Shown in pieces: positions 12,589-26,147 of a DNA stretch of 64,000 nt. Origin of the DNA: Heterodontus francisci (Eukaryota); the NCBI RefSeq assembly GCF_036365525.1, contig NC_090374.1:13619168-13683167 (forward strand), given 5' to 3'. Under the pieces are notes generated by a model. The model saw only the letters and a list, made by a program, of their open reading frames with translations, ran no database searches and had not been told where the DNA came from. A program made the translations under genes and the position numbers. Positions within the stretch are counted from its first letter, which is position 1. Every line of letters begins with the position of its first letter.

Positions 12589-13276
12589 AATGATAACACT
12601 CATTCCACCACATTCTTAGACTGTATGGTTTGTTGTTCTTACACAAGGCCGCATGTCTCAATGTTGTAAAGGCCTTCCTTGTTTTATCAACATCAGCTGC
12701 CTCCATTCAGATGATGATACACTCAATAACAACTTGTAATTATATAGCACCTTTAACATAAAGTGTTTCACAGGAGCGTAATTTGACACTGAGCCACATA
12801 AGGAGAGATTCGAATAGGCCAATGAAAGCTTGGTCAAAAAGGTAGGTTTTTAAAAATATCGTAAAAAAGGAGGAGAAAGAGGTAGAGAGGTGGAGAGGTT
12901 TAGGGAGGGAATTCCAGACCTTCGGGTCGAAATAGCAGAAGGCACAGCTGCCAATGGTGGGGTAAAGGAAACTGGGATTTACAAGAGGTGAGAGCTGGAC
13001 AAAGACAGAGGGTTATAGGTCTGGAAGAGGTTACAGAGATAGTGAGGGCGAGGTCATAAACAAAAGGATGAGAATTTTAAATTCTCAAGATCATTGATCA
13101 CCCACATTATTGGACTCAGCAGCTTGAGCTCTATAATGTGTCCAAGGCACCTTACACCTCCAATTCAAGCAGCCCGTGCAAAGAGGGCTTGAGGTGCCTG
13201 TGCACTCAAGGATCATTATGCCCCTCAAACACTGAAACATATCGTTTTATTTGACTGCATCCTGTACACAACCCAC

Positions 13277-13384
13277 CTCCTTTCTTCCTGAAGATGATGA
13301 AAATGATGATGAGGATGAAGAGAATGAGCAGCAAAATCAGCAGTAGAAGGACCAGTAGAATGGTGCTGGAGGCAGGCGGCTTCT
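13277..13384 (-). CDS. Exon 4: transmembrane exon, no charged residue
   Basis: Acceptor cttgctgttttacag|, donor GGAG|gtgggt, 108 nt, phase 1-1. Encodes EKPPASSTILLVLLLLILLLILFILIIIFIIFRKKG. This frame is not shown in the ORF track. Confidence 0.9.
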
Positions 13385-15065
13385 CTGTAAAACAGCAAGA
13401 ACACCATTGATAAACAACATCTTAAACCGAGGATGTGTTCACCCTTGAGTCATTCCCCAGCTTGGTTCAGTTGGTGGTGTCAGAAAGCCAGAGGTTCAAG
13501 CCCCATTCATAATTTGAGCACCTAATTCACACTGAACAGCCAATACAGTAATGAAGTGTAGAGCTACATCATCAGCAGTGCTGTCTTTCAGATGAGACTT
13601 AAAACTAAGCTTCCGACTGCCTGATCAGGTAGATGCCAAAGATCCCATGACAGGCACTTTTTGAAGGAGAGCAGGGAATTCTGCTGGTGTCCTGCTAAGG
13701 TTCCCACTAAGCCATGTGAGTGTGTGGCTGCACAGCAATCCAGAACATACCGCACATTGAAATCAGCAGGCCACGCACAATGAAGAAAATTTAGAGGGAA
13801 CATTGGTCCTGGACAACCAACAGAAAATAGCTAAAATAAAAGCAAAATACTGTGGATGCGGGAAATCTGAAATAAAAACAGTAAGTGCTGGCAGGTCACA
13901 GATCTGAAACGTTAACTCTGTTTCTCTCTCCACAGATGCTGCCAGACATGCCGTGTATTTCCAGCTCTTTCCGTTTTTATTACACATATTGGCTGCTACA
14001 TTTGCTTACATAACAAAAGTTACTGCACTTCAGTAAGGGGAAGGGGAAGTTTCTGGTCCTGAGAAGTCTGTTCATAAACCCTGCCCTGAAGTGAAGTTGT
14101 GATCTATCTGCAGCTCTCGGCCTCTCTCTTCTTCCACCTCACCTGCCTCTATTGCTTTCTGCAAGATGAATGTTTCTTGGCCCTGTGGATCTGTCATGTA
14201 GAATCATACAATCTCACAGTACAGAAGGCAGCCATGCTTTCACGGAGCTATCCAATTAGTCCTACTTCTCTGCCCTTTCCCCATAGCCCTGCAGTTTCCT
14301 CCCCTCCGAGTATTCATCCAATTGCCTTGTCAAAGTTACTGAAGAATTTGTTCCACTTTCAGACAATACATTCCAGATCATAACAGTACATCAAGGAAGA
14401 CAGCTGTTTAATTATGTGTGACACCGAATATAAGATTAGATAGATATTCTAAATGACCCCACAGAGTAGTTCCCGGGTCCTGCGCAGACTCACCTGGACT
14501 CAGATGGGAAGCAGTAAGGGTTGCTTTTGGCTCCAGCTACCCCCGGGTTGAATAAAAAAGAATTGGCAATGGTTATGGATTTCTCTGAGGAGAGCTGGCA
14601 TGGACTTGATGGGCCGAATGGCCTCCTTCTGGGCTCTAAATGACTCTACAGTTCTCCCTCCTTAGTCTTTTCACTCCCTGTCGGTAATCCATGTGTGAAT
14701 GCTGAGCTAGGACAGGATCCAACTTGGCTGTGATGCCTCCCACAGTCAGACAGCCACTTGGGTAAATGTACCAGTACCTATGGAACCATTCCCGATGAAG
14801 GAGTCACACATTCTTTTTAAATCAAGAGGGACATCTTATCCTGTTGCACCTTCCAGTTAGAGATGACCTAAATGTCAGTGTAAATTTGGGTCCTTTGGAC
14901 ACTGACACACGTAACATTCAGTTCAATGGCTTTCAATACTGAATACCAAAATGTACCTAAAAGGATCAGCACATGCAAATTACTGTAAATACAATAAACA
15001 GCAAAACTGTTAGACCCTCACTGCACAACCTCGATACACTGGAGAATGTGGGAATGGTTTCTTAC

Positions 15066-15416
15066 CATGTACAACCTGCAGCTGTGTCTCAGTCTGGATC
15101 AGATATTGATAATTGTCCAATGATGTGTATTCCACCAGACACAGGTAAGTGTGATTGTCATTCACACTCAGCTGGTTTATCCTGGTTGAGGCGTTTCCCT
15201 CCTTTGGATTCCCGATGAGCTCGTACCGATTTCCACCATTTGCAGTTGTCCAAGATCCATTTGATTGGGCTCTGAATGTGACTATGTGTTGGTAGGGCTC
15301 CTTCCTCATCCATGTAACAGTGGACAGGGTGCGGTAACTCCTGGGTGTGAACATACAGGGCAATGTAACTGAAGCTCCCTCGGTCCCAGTCACCACTGAG
15401 ACATTTCCACTAGCAG
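15066..15416 (-). CDS. Exon 3: Ig V-set domain 2 (Siglec-15/NKp30/PILR-like, Arg replaced by Leu)
   Basis: Acceptor tgtcctttcctcag|, donor CATG|gtaag, 351 nt, phase 1-1. Motifs SVTLPC, TVTW, RYELIGN and DNHTYLCLVEY; four N-glycosylation sequons (NVS, NGS, NAS, NHT). Confidence 0.92.
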
Positions 15417-16256
15417 CTGAGGAAAGGACAGACATCAGAATGGATCATATGAACATCAGAAATTGGAGCAGGAATAGGCCATTCAGCCCCTCAAGCCTGC
15501 TCCACCATTTAATAAGATCATGGCTGATCTGATTATGGCCTTAACTCCACTTTTCTGCCAGCTCCCAGAACCCTTGACCTCCTCAGTGTGCTCAGATCAG
15601 TGTGCAGAATTTTTAGATTAAATTTGTTTTGTATTTTTCGACTTTACAATAGAATTAATTTCTTAAAAACTCCACTCTCATATCTCAGCAGGTCTGTCCC
15701 AGACAGGCTGTTACATTCTCCTACAGTACCCACCCTGATCATTTTAAACATTTTCTTTCATTCATGGGATGGGCATCGCTGGCTATGACAGCATTTATTG
15801 CCCATCCCTAATTGCCCTTGAGAAAGTGGTGGTGTGGCACCTTCTTGAACGGCTGCAGTCCATGTGGGGTATGTACACCCATAAGTAACTTACAGGTTAG
15901 AAAGTCCACCTACTCGAATTCATTGATCCAGAGCCCCACACCCTTCCCGCATTGCTGAATGCAATTGTTCCTTAAATTATTTCAAGGATTTCACTCCCTC
16001 CATCACTCTGTCCAGAAATCCCTTTGCAAGTGTTGACCACTCTTTGTGTAAAGGGGAACCTCCTGACATCAGTCTTCACTTGACAGTTCAGTACTTTCAA
16101 CCCATGACCATTGCTACTCACACAGTTTGATTTAAAGGAGTATTCCAGATTAATTTGGGTTGTGGGGAAATCTGCCGCTCTTCTCTGCACCACCTCCAGT
16201 GCTTGAATGTCTCTCCTCTCTCAATGCGCAGCACTTAAGATGCAGCCTGATTGCAT

Positions 16257-16675
16257 GTATCAGCCATGACTCAGTGGGTGGTGCTCTCACCTCCGAGTTA
16301 GAGTGTTACGGGATCAAGTCCCACTCCAAAGACCTGAGCACCATATCCAGGCTGACACACCAGTGCAGTACTGAGGGAATGCTGCACTGTCAAAGAGAGG
16401 TTAAACTGAGGGCCCCATCTGCCCTCTTATACAGATGTAAAAATCCCATGTTACTACTTGATGAAAATCAGGGGCATTCTCCCCAGTGTCCCGCCCAACA
16501 TTTATTCCTCAATATCACTCAGATTGCTTCGCTATTATCACATTGCTGTTTGTGGAACGTTGCTGTGCTTAAATTGGCTGCTGCATTTCCTACATTACAA
16601 CAATTACAACTTCAAAAGTACTTTTATGTTTGTAAAGTGCTTTGGGACAGGCTGAGGCTGTGAATGACACTGTAT
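16257..16675 (+). mobile_element. SacSINE1-like DeuSINE, near full length
   Basis: tRNA-like head, Deu-domain-like core (ggttaaactgagggccccatctgccctc...) and 3' tail cttcaaaagtac...gctttgggac. A more decayed copy lies at ~13460-14035. Confidence 0.7.
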
Positions 16676-17089
16676 TTTTTTAAATTCATTCACAGGTTGT
16701 GGTGTCACTGGCGAGGACAGCACTAATTGCCCATCCCTAAAAACTGAGTAGTTATTTTAGAGGGCAGTTAAGAATCAACTGTTCCGAATCAGGGTCACTG
16801 ACCCGTAACATTAACTCTGCTTCTCTTTCCACAGATGCTGCCAGACCTGCCGAGTGGTTACAGCATTTCTTGTTTTTATTTCAGATTTCCAGCATCCGCA
16901 GTATTTTGCTTTTATATAAGAATCAACCACATTGCTGTGGGTCTGGATTCACAGTTAGACTAGACCAAATAAGTAAACCAGAAGGGTTTTTAAGATAATC
17001 CAGTCATTTCATGGTCACCATTACTGATACTAGCTTTTACTCCAGATTTATTTAATTAACTGAATGTGCGAATTAATTTACCAGCTGCC

Positions 17090-19120
17090 CAGGGGGGAAG
17101 GCTGATTTCAATATGATAAAACAGGATCTGGCCAAAGTGCACTGGGAGCATCGGCTTGTAGGAAAGCCTGCATCAGACCAGTGGGAGTCGTTGAAAAAGG
17201 AAAATGTGAGAATTCAGAGCCAACGTGTTCCCGTAAAGGGGATAAGAAAAAAAAAGGAGGCTTATGGCAGATTCAGAGAGTTGAAAACAGCAGAGGTGCT
17301 AGAGGAGTATAGAAAGCGAAGGGGAGTACTTAAAAAAGTAATTAGGAGAGCGAAGAGGGGACATGAATAAACATTGGCAGACAAGATAAAGGAAAATCCC
17401 AAGGCGTTTTATAAGTATGTTAAGGGCAACAGGATAACCAGGGAAAGAGTAGGGCCCATTAGGGACCAAAGTGGCAATCTGTGTGTGGAGCTGGAGGACA
17501 TTGGTGAGATTTTAAATGATTACTTTTTATCTATGTCCACTGTGGAGAAGGACGATGTAGATGTAGAGCTCAGGGAGGGGGACTGTGATATACTTGAACA
17601 AATTAGCATTGAAAGGGAGGAAGTATTAGCGGTTTTAGGGGGCTTAAAATTGGATAAATCTCCAGGCCCAAATGAAATGTATCCCAGTCTATTATGGGAG
17701 GCAAGGGAGAGATAGCAGGGGCTCTGACACAAATTTTCAAATCCTCTCTGGCCACAGGAGAGGTACCAGAGGACTGGAGGACAGTGAATGTGGTACCATT
17801 ATTCAAGAAAGGTAGCAGGGATAGAGTCATAGTCATAGAGTCATAGAGAGATACAGCACTGAAACAGGCCCTTCGGCCCACCGAGTCTGTGCTGACCAAC
17901 AACCATCCATTTATAATAATCCTACATTAATCCCATATTCCCTACCACATCCCCACCATTCTCCTACCACCTACCTACACTAGGGGCAATTTACAATGGC
18001 CAATTTACCTATCAACCTGTAAGTCTTTGGCTGTGGGAGGAAACCAGAGGACCCGGCAGAAACCCACGCGGTCACAGGGAGAACTTGCAAACTCCGCACA
18101 GGCAGCACCCAGAACCAGGTAATTACAGGCCGGTGAGTCTAACATCAGTGGTAGGGAAACTACTGGAAAAAACTCTGAGGTACAGGATTAATCTCCACTT
18201 GGAGAGGCAGGGATTAATCAGGGATAGTCAGCATGGCTTTGTCAGGGGGAGATTGTGTCTAACAAACTTGATTGAATTTTCGAGGAGGTGACTAGATGTG
18301 TAGATGAGGGTAAGGCAGTTGATGTAGTCTACAAGGACTTCAGTAAGGCTTTTGATAAGATTGGTTAAGAAGGTAAGAGCCCATGAGATCCAGGGCAATT
18401 TGGCAAATTGGAACCAAAAATGGCTTAGTGGCAGGAGGCAGAGGGTGATGGTCGAGGGTTGTTTTGCAAGTGGAAGCAGGAACCAGGGGTGTACCACAGG
18501 GATCGGTGCCAGGACCCTTGCTGTTTGTAGTGTACATTAATGATTTAGATGTGAATATAGGAGGTATGATCAGTAAATTCGCAGATGACATGAAAATTGG
18601 TGGTGTCATAAATAGTGAGGAGGAAAGCCTTAGATTACAGGACGATATAGATGGGCTAGTAAGATGGGCAGAGCAATGGTAAATGGAATTTAATCCTGAG
18701 AAGTGTGAGGTGGTGCATTTTGGGAGGACTAACAAGACAAGGGAATATACAATGGATGGTAAGACCCTAGGAAGTACACCTTGGTGTACTTGTTCATAGA
18801 TCACTGAAGGCAGCAGCACAGGTAGCTAAGGTGGTTAGGAAGGCATATGGGATACTTGCCTTTATTAGCCGAGGCATAGAATATAAGAGCAGGGAGGTTA
18901 TGATGGAGCTGTATAAAACGCTAGTTAGGCCACAGCTGGAGTACTGTGTACAGTTCTGGTCACCACACTATAGGAAGGATGTGATTGCACTGGAGAGGGT
19001 GCAGATGAGATTCACCAGGATGTTGCCTGGGCTGGAGCATTTCAGCTATGAAGTGAGACTGGATAGACTGGAGTTGTTTTCCTTAGAGCAGAAAAGTCTA
19101 AGGGGAGACCTGATTGAGGT
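17090..19120 (+). mobile_element. Degenerate CR1 (family D) interrupted by an HE1-like SINE
   Basis: Fragmented RT ORFs (NYRPVSLTS, FADD); minus-strand SINE at ~17822-18115. Confidence 0.9.
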
Positions 19121-19450
19121 AACCACCACCTTCTCAAGGGAAATTAGGGATGGGCAATAAATGCTGGCCTAGCCAGCGACACCCACATCCCATGAATGAA
19201 TAAAACAAAACCTGTTCCTGCTTTCCCCCCATATCCTTGGATCGCTTTCGCCCCAAGAGCTATATCTAACTCCTTCAACCTACAGTGAAAACTGCACCCC
19301 TAAGTCCTGTACCAATGTTAGGAGGATCCTCCAGCAGAGGGCTGGTGAACTGTAAGGGACCTACGCGGAGAACAAAAGGGACAGGCAGGCACAAGGCTGG
19401 CAATTCATTAGGCAGAGAAGAGGAAAAAGTGACCAAGAGGGCAGGTTAAA

Positions 19451-22400
19451 GGAGGTCCAGGGGACTGCTGGGTAAGTAAAAACTATATATTTGGGTGGTT
19501 TATAATCTCTTTCTTTTAGTTTTGGTGACTGCAGCTTTGACAGTAGCGAAGGTGCGAGAGCGAACTTACAGCTGGGAAGTCAATTTCAGTGGAAGTTTAA
19601 AAGTTAATTCCCTTTTGTTTTCGGAGGACCAGGGGACTGCTGGGTAAGTAAAAACTATATATTTGGGTGGTGGCTGTACCCGAGACACTACACGTGTAGT
19701 GTCTCCCACCCACCCTCCTCCTCTAACTAAAAAAAAAGGACTCTGTTGTGTTGATAAGGTAAGCTTTTTATTTAAGAAGTTCTGTCCGTTGGATTGCTAA
19801 CCTTACAAGTTTTGACTTTTTGTTTTTGGTTTTTCAGTAGATTTGTTGGGAATTTAGAATAGAGGGAATGGAAGTTAAGGCAGTTGTATGTTCCTCCTGC
19901 AGAATGAGGGAGGTAAGGGTCGCCAAGAGTGTCCCTGCTGACTGCATCTGCGGGAAGTGCACCCAACTCCAGCTCCTCGAGAACCGCGTTAGGGAGCTGG
20001 AGCTGGATGAACTTCGGATCATTTGGGAGGCGGAGGGGGTTATTGAGAGGAGTTATGGGGAGGTAGTCACACCTCAGGTAAAAGAAGTAGGTAGATGGGT
20101 TACCGTCAGGGGAAGGAGAGGGAACCAGCAGGCAGTGCAGGGATCCCCTGTGGCCGTTTCCCTCAACAACAGGTATACCGTTTTGGATACTGTTGCGAGG
20201 GACGACTTACCAGGGGTAAGCAATGGGGTACAGGTATCTGGCACAGAGTCTGTCCCTGTTGCTCAGAAGGGAAGGGGGAAGAGGAGCAGAGCATTAGTCA
20301 TTGGGGACTCCATAGTTAGGGGAACAGATAGGAGGTTCTGTGGGAACGAGAGAGACTCACGGTTGGTATGTTGCCTCCCAGGTGCCAGGGTTCGTGATGT
20401 CTCGGATCGTGTTTTTGGGATCCTTAAGGGGGAGGGGGAGCAGCCCCAAGTCGTGATCCACATAGGCACCAACGACATAGGTAGGAAGAGAGATGGGGAT
20501 TTAAGACAGAAATTCAGGGAGCTAGGGTGGAAGCTTAGAGCGAGAACAAACAGAGTTGTTATCTCTGGGTTGTTGCCCGTGCCACGTGATAGCGAAGCGA
20601 GGAATAGGGAGAGAGAGGAGTTGAACACGTGGCTGCAGGGATGGTGCAGGAGGGAGGGTTTTGGTTTCCTGGATAATTGGGGCTCTTTCTGGGGTAGGTG
20701 GGACCTCTACAAACAGGATGGTCTTCACCTGAACCAGAGGGGTACCAATATCCTGGGGGAGAGATTTGCTAGTGCTCTTCGGGGGGGGTTTAAACTAATT
20801 CAGCAGGGGAATGGGAACCTAAAATGTAGTGCCAGTGTACAGGATGTTGAGAGTAGTGAGGTCAGGGATAAGGTTACAAGGACGCAAGAGGGCACTGGCA
20901 AGCAAGAACCTGGTTTAAAGTGTGTCTACTTCAACGCCAGCAGCATTCGGAATAAGGTGGGTGAGCTTGCAGCACGGGTTGGTACCTGGGATCTCGATGT
21001 AGTGGCCATTTCGGAGACATGGGTAGAGCAGGGGCAGGAATGGATGTTGCAGGTTCCGGGATTTAGATGTTTCAGTAAGAACAGAGAAGATGGTAAAAGA
21101 GGGGGGGGGTGTGGCATTGTTAATCAAGGAGAGTATTACAGCGACAGAAAGGACGTTTGAGGACTCGTCTACTGAGGTAGTATGGGCCGAGGTTAGAAAC
21201 AGGAGAGGTGAGGTCACCCTGTTGGGAGTCTTTTATAGACCTCCAAATAGTTCCAGAGATGTAGAGGAAAGGATAGCGAAGATGATTCTCGACAGGGGCG
21301 AGAGCAACAGGGTAGTTGTTATGGGGGACTTTAACTTTCCAAATATCGACTGGAAATACTATAGTTCGAGTACTTTAGATGGGTCAGTTTTTGTCCAGTG
21401 TGTGCAGGAGGGTTTTCTGACACAGTATGTAGACAGGCCAACCAGGGGCGATGCCACATTGGATTTGGTACTGGGTAATGAACCCGGCCAGGTGTTAGAT
21501 TTAGATGTAGGTGAGCACTTTGGTGATAGTGATCACAATTCGATTAGGTTTACCTTAGCGATGGGCAGGGACAGGTATATACCGCAGGGCAAAAATTATA
21601 GCTGGGGGAAAGGAAATTATGATGCGATTAGGCAAGATTTAGGATGCATAGGATGGGGAAGGAAACTGCAGGGGATGGGAACAATCGAAATGTGGAGCTT
21701 ATTCAAGGAGCAGCTACTGCGTGTCCTTGATAAGTATGTACCTGTGAGGCAGGGAGGAAGTTGTCGAGCGAGGGAGCCGTGGTTTACTAAAGAAGTTGAA
21801 GCGCTTGTCAAGAGGAAGAAGAAGGCTTATGTTAGGATGAGACGTGAAGGCTCAGTTAGGGCGCTTGAGAGTTACAAGCTAGCCAGGAAGGATCTAAAGG
21901 GAGAGCTAAGAAGAGCAAGGAGAGGACACGAGAAGTCATTGGCGGATAGGATCAGGGAAAACCCTAAGGCTTTCTATAGGTATATCAGGAATAAAAGAAT
22001 GACTAGAGTTAGATTAGGGCCAATCAAGGATAGTAGTGGGAAGTTGTGTGTGGAATCAGAGGAGGTAGGGGAAGTGTTAAATGAATATTTTTCATCAGTA
22101 TTTACAGTAGAGAAAGAAAATGTTGTCAAGGAGAATACTGAGATTCAGGCTACTAGGCTAGATGGGATTGAGGTTCACAAGGAGGAGGTGTTAGCAATTT
22201 TGGAAAGTGTGAAAATAGATAAGGCCCCTGGGCCAGATGGGATTTATCCTAGGATTCTCTGGGAAGCTAGGGAGGAGATTGCAGAGCCTTTGTCCTTGAT
22301 CTTTATGTCGTCATTGTCGACAGGAATAGTGCCGGAAGACTGGAGGATAGCAAATGTTGTCCCCTTGTTCAAGAAGGGGAGTAGAGACAGCCCTGGTAAT

Positions 22401-23768
22401 TATAGACCTGTGAGCCTTACTTCGGTTGTGGGTAAAATGTTGGAAAAGGTTATAAGAGACAGGATGTATAATCATCTTGAAAAGAATAAGTTCATTAGCG
22501 ATAGTCAGCACGGTTTTGTGACGGGTAGGTCGTGCCTCACAAACCTTATTGAGTTTTTCGAGAAGGTGACCAAACAGGTGGATGAGGGTAAAGCAGTGGA
22601 TGTGGTGTATATGGATTTCAGTAAGGCGTTTGATAAGGTTCCCCATGGTAGGCTATTGCAGAAAATACGGAAGTATGGGGTTGAAGGTGATTTAGAGCTT
22701 TGGATCAGAAATTGGCTAGCTGAAAGAAGACAGAGGGTGGTGGTTGATGGCAAATGTTCATCCTGGAGTTTAGTTACTTGTGGTGTACCGCAAGGATCTG
22801 TTTTGGGGCCACTGCTGTTTGTCATTTTTATAAATGACCTGGAAGAGGGTGCAGAAGGTTGGGTTAGTAAATTTGCAGATGACACTAAGGTCGGTGGAGT
22901 TGTGGAAAGTGCCGAAGGATGTTGTAGGGTACAGAGGGACATAGATAGGCTGCAGAGCTGGGCTGAGAGATGGCAAATGGAGTTTAATGCGGAAAAGTGC
23001 GAGGTGATTCACTTTGGAAGGAGTAACAGGAATGCAGAGTACTGGGCTAATGGGAAGATTCTTGGTAGTGTAGATGAACAGAGAGATCTTGGTCTCCAGG
23101 TACATAAATCCCTGATGGTTGCTACCCAGGTTAATAGGGCTGTTAAGAAGGCATATGGTGTGTTCGCTTTTATCAGTAGGGGGATCGAGTTTCGGAGCCA
23201 CGAGGTCATGCTGCAGCTGTACAAAACTCTGGTGAGGCCGCACCTGGAGTATTGCATGCAGTTCTGGTCACCACATTATAGGAAGAATGTGGAAGCTATG
23301 GAAAGGGTGCAGAGGAGATTTACTAGGATGTTGCCTGGTATGGAGGGAAGGTCTTACGAGGAAAGGCTGAGGGACTTGATGTTGTTTTCGTTGGAGAGAA
23401 GGAGGAGGAGAGGTGACTTAATAGAGACATATAAGATAATCAGAGGGTTAGATAGGGTGGATAGTGAGAGTCTTTTTCCTCGGATGGTGATGGCAAACAC
23501 GAGGGGACATAGCTTTAAGTTGAGGGGTGATAGATATAGGACAGATGTCAGAGGTAGTTTCTTTACTCAGACAGTAGTAGGGGCGTGGAACGCCCTGCCT
23601 GCAACAGTAGTAGACTCGCCAACTTTAAGGGCATTTAAGTGGTCATTGGATAGACATATGGATGAAAATGGAATAGTGTAGGTCAGATGGTTTCACAGGT
23701 CGGCGCAACATCGAGGGCCGAAGGGCCTGTACTGCGCTGTAATGTTCTAATTCTAATTCTAATTCTAA
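19451..23768 (+). mobile_element. Full-length young CR1 LINE (copy B): 5'UTR, ORF1 (zinc finger plus SGNH esterase), ORF2 (APE EN plus RT)
   Basis: ORF1 from 19868 has CSSC..CICGKC, GDSIVRG, HIGTND and DGLHLN. ORF2 runs to 23681; tail (TTCTAA)n. The 5' boundary is approximate. Confidence 0.96.
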
Positions 23769-23769
23769 A

Positions 23770-24452
23770 AAAACCTCTACTGTCCGGTCAGCTAACCCTG
23801 AAAAATGTGAAAAGTTAGACCCCACATCCTCCTTCATAAATGCTAGAAGCACGCCACCAGAGTTGCTAACAGTATTTACAGGAAACTGCAGAGACAAAGA
23901 AAGCCCTGTAGGGGGCAGAGAAACCATGAGGGTGATGCCTCACCTAGTCAAAGTGCTAGAGGGAAGTGCAGTAGAGTCTGCACAAATACCTGCAGGCAGG
24001 AGTGTCCTTTGGGACAAAGGGGAGATTAGCAAAGAATTCTCCCCCACAGTCAGAAAAAAAACAAACCACCCATTCCCTGAAGCCAAAAGCCTTTGCATCA
24101 CTCAGCAAAGCACTGAAAGAGAGTTCAGGATAGACCCGCCCACTACTGACTCTTCTTTAAAATAAATTACATCAGCAGGAACAAAGACCCAAGGCAGCCA
24201 TGGAAATGGGCAATCGGAAGAGAAACTTCCCATAAAAAAAGAACCACATGTTCATTGGGATGCCAAAAAGGGGGCAGTTAAAGCAGCACTGGCACCAAGA
24301 GAAGGCAGGCTGTAATAAGTTTTAGGATTTATGAATGAATGGGAATGAATGAGAGAAATGCATATTTTTTTCTGTATCTTACATTTTTCTCTTGACTGTT
24401 TTAATGAAATGCACTTCTCTCAAATCACATTTCATTCTGTTGGGTGTGGAGG
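23770..24452 (+). mobile_element. Probable 3' internal remnant of an LTR retrotransposon
   Basis: Ends in the purine-rich, PPT-like gggtgtggagg directly before the TG of the LTR at 24453. Confidence 0.4.
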
Positions 24453-26147
24453 TGTCATGCTCGGCCCCCACCTGCCAAGAATGAGGCACATTAATTTTGT
24501 CATGAATATTGCTTTTAAACGATTACTGGTGTGAAGCAAGGATTTGTTCGATGGATAAAACATTTGCACATTAACAGACAGTGTTTGGAAGAACACAGCA
24601 GCCATTCCCTGACACATTCAACACACAATGGACTTTTGATCACCAGACGTTAAAGGTGGGGGAGCTCACATTCCAGGTTGACTGCTAAGATGGCCGAGTA
24701 CGCAAACGGACATGGTCAAACCAGCTTGTCATAGAGTCATAGTTATACAGCACAGAAACAGACCCTTCGGCCCATCGTGTCTTTGCCGGCCATCAAGCAC
24801 TTAATCCCATTTTCCAGCACTTGGCCCGTAACCTTCCATTCTATGGCATTTCAAGTGCTCATCTTAAATGTTGTGAGGGTTCCTGCCTCTACCACCCCTT
24901 CAGGCAGTGTGTTCCAGATTGCAACCACCCTCTGGGTGAAAAAATTTTCATCAAATCCCCTCTAAACCTCCTGCCCCTTACCTTAAATCTAGGCCCCTTG
25001 GTTATTGATCCCTCTGCGAAGGGAAAAAGTTCCTTCCTATCTACCCTATCTATGCCCCTCATAATTTTGTATACCTCTATCAGGTCCCCCCTCAGCCTTC
25101 TCTGCTCTGAGGAAAACAACCCTCGCCTTTTCAGTCTCTCTTCATAGCTGAAATCCCAGTGCAGAAATCCCACATCCTTCCTATAGTGCGGTGTCCAGAA
25201 CTGTGCACAGTATTCCAGCTGTGGCCTAACTAGCGTTTTATACAGCTCCATCATAACTTCCCTGCTCATATATTCAATGCCTCAGCTCATAAAAGCAAGT
25301 ATCCCATATGCCTTACTAACCACCTTATCTACCTGTGCTGCTGCCTTCAGTGATTTATGGACAAGTACACCAAGGTCCCTCTGACCCTCTGCACTTCCTA
25401 GGGACCTACCATCCATTGTATATTCCCTTACCTTGATAGTCCTCCCAAAATGCATCACCTCACACTTCTCAGGATTAAATTCCATTTGCCATTTAATCTG
25501 GATCATCCTGAAATCTAAGGCTTTCCTCACTATTTACGACACCATCGATTATCGTGTCATCTGCGAACCTACTGATCATACCTCCTATATTCACGTCTAA
25601 ATCATTAATATACACTCAATGTTCCGGGGTACCAATGCTTCCGGCATGACAGAGGTGGCGGTAAGAGAGGAGGGGGAGCTGCACTATTGATTAGGGAGGA
25701 CATCACGGCAGTACTTAGAGAGGATATCGCGGGGGGAAAGTCCAGCGAGGCCATATGGGTAGAACGTAGAACTGAGAAATAAGAAAGGGGTGATCACTTT
25801 GATGGGATTAAACTATAGGCCCCCCAATAGTCAGAGGGAAGTGGAGGAGCATATAAGTAGGGAAACCACAGATAGGTGTAGGAATTGTAGGGGGGTTGTA
25901 ATAGTAGGTGATTTTAACTTCCCTAATATTGACTGGGACTGCCTTAGGATCAGATGGGGAAGAATTTGTTAAGTGTGTCCAGGATAATTTTCTGAAGCAA
26001 TATGTGGATGGCCCTACTAGAGAAGGGGCTAGACTCAACCTCCTCTTAGGAAATGAGGCAGGGCAGGTGGTTGATGTGTCAATGGGGCAGCACTTTGGGA
26101 CCAGTGACCATAACTCTATTCGCTTCAAGATAGTTAAGGAAAAGGAT

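Noticed and set aside
14140-14540. Stalk exons ending at gtgagt (14493) or gtgagg (~14142)
   Set aside because: The donors are good but the phase-1 acceptors lack pyrimidine tracts, and D2 already joins the TM exon in phase.
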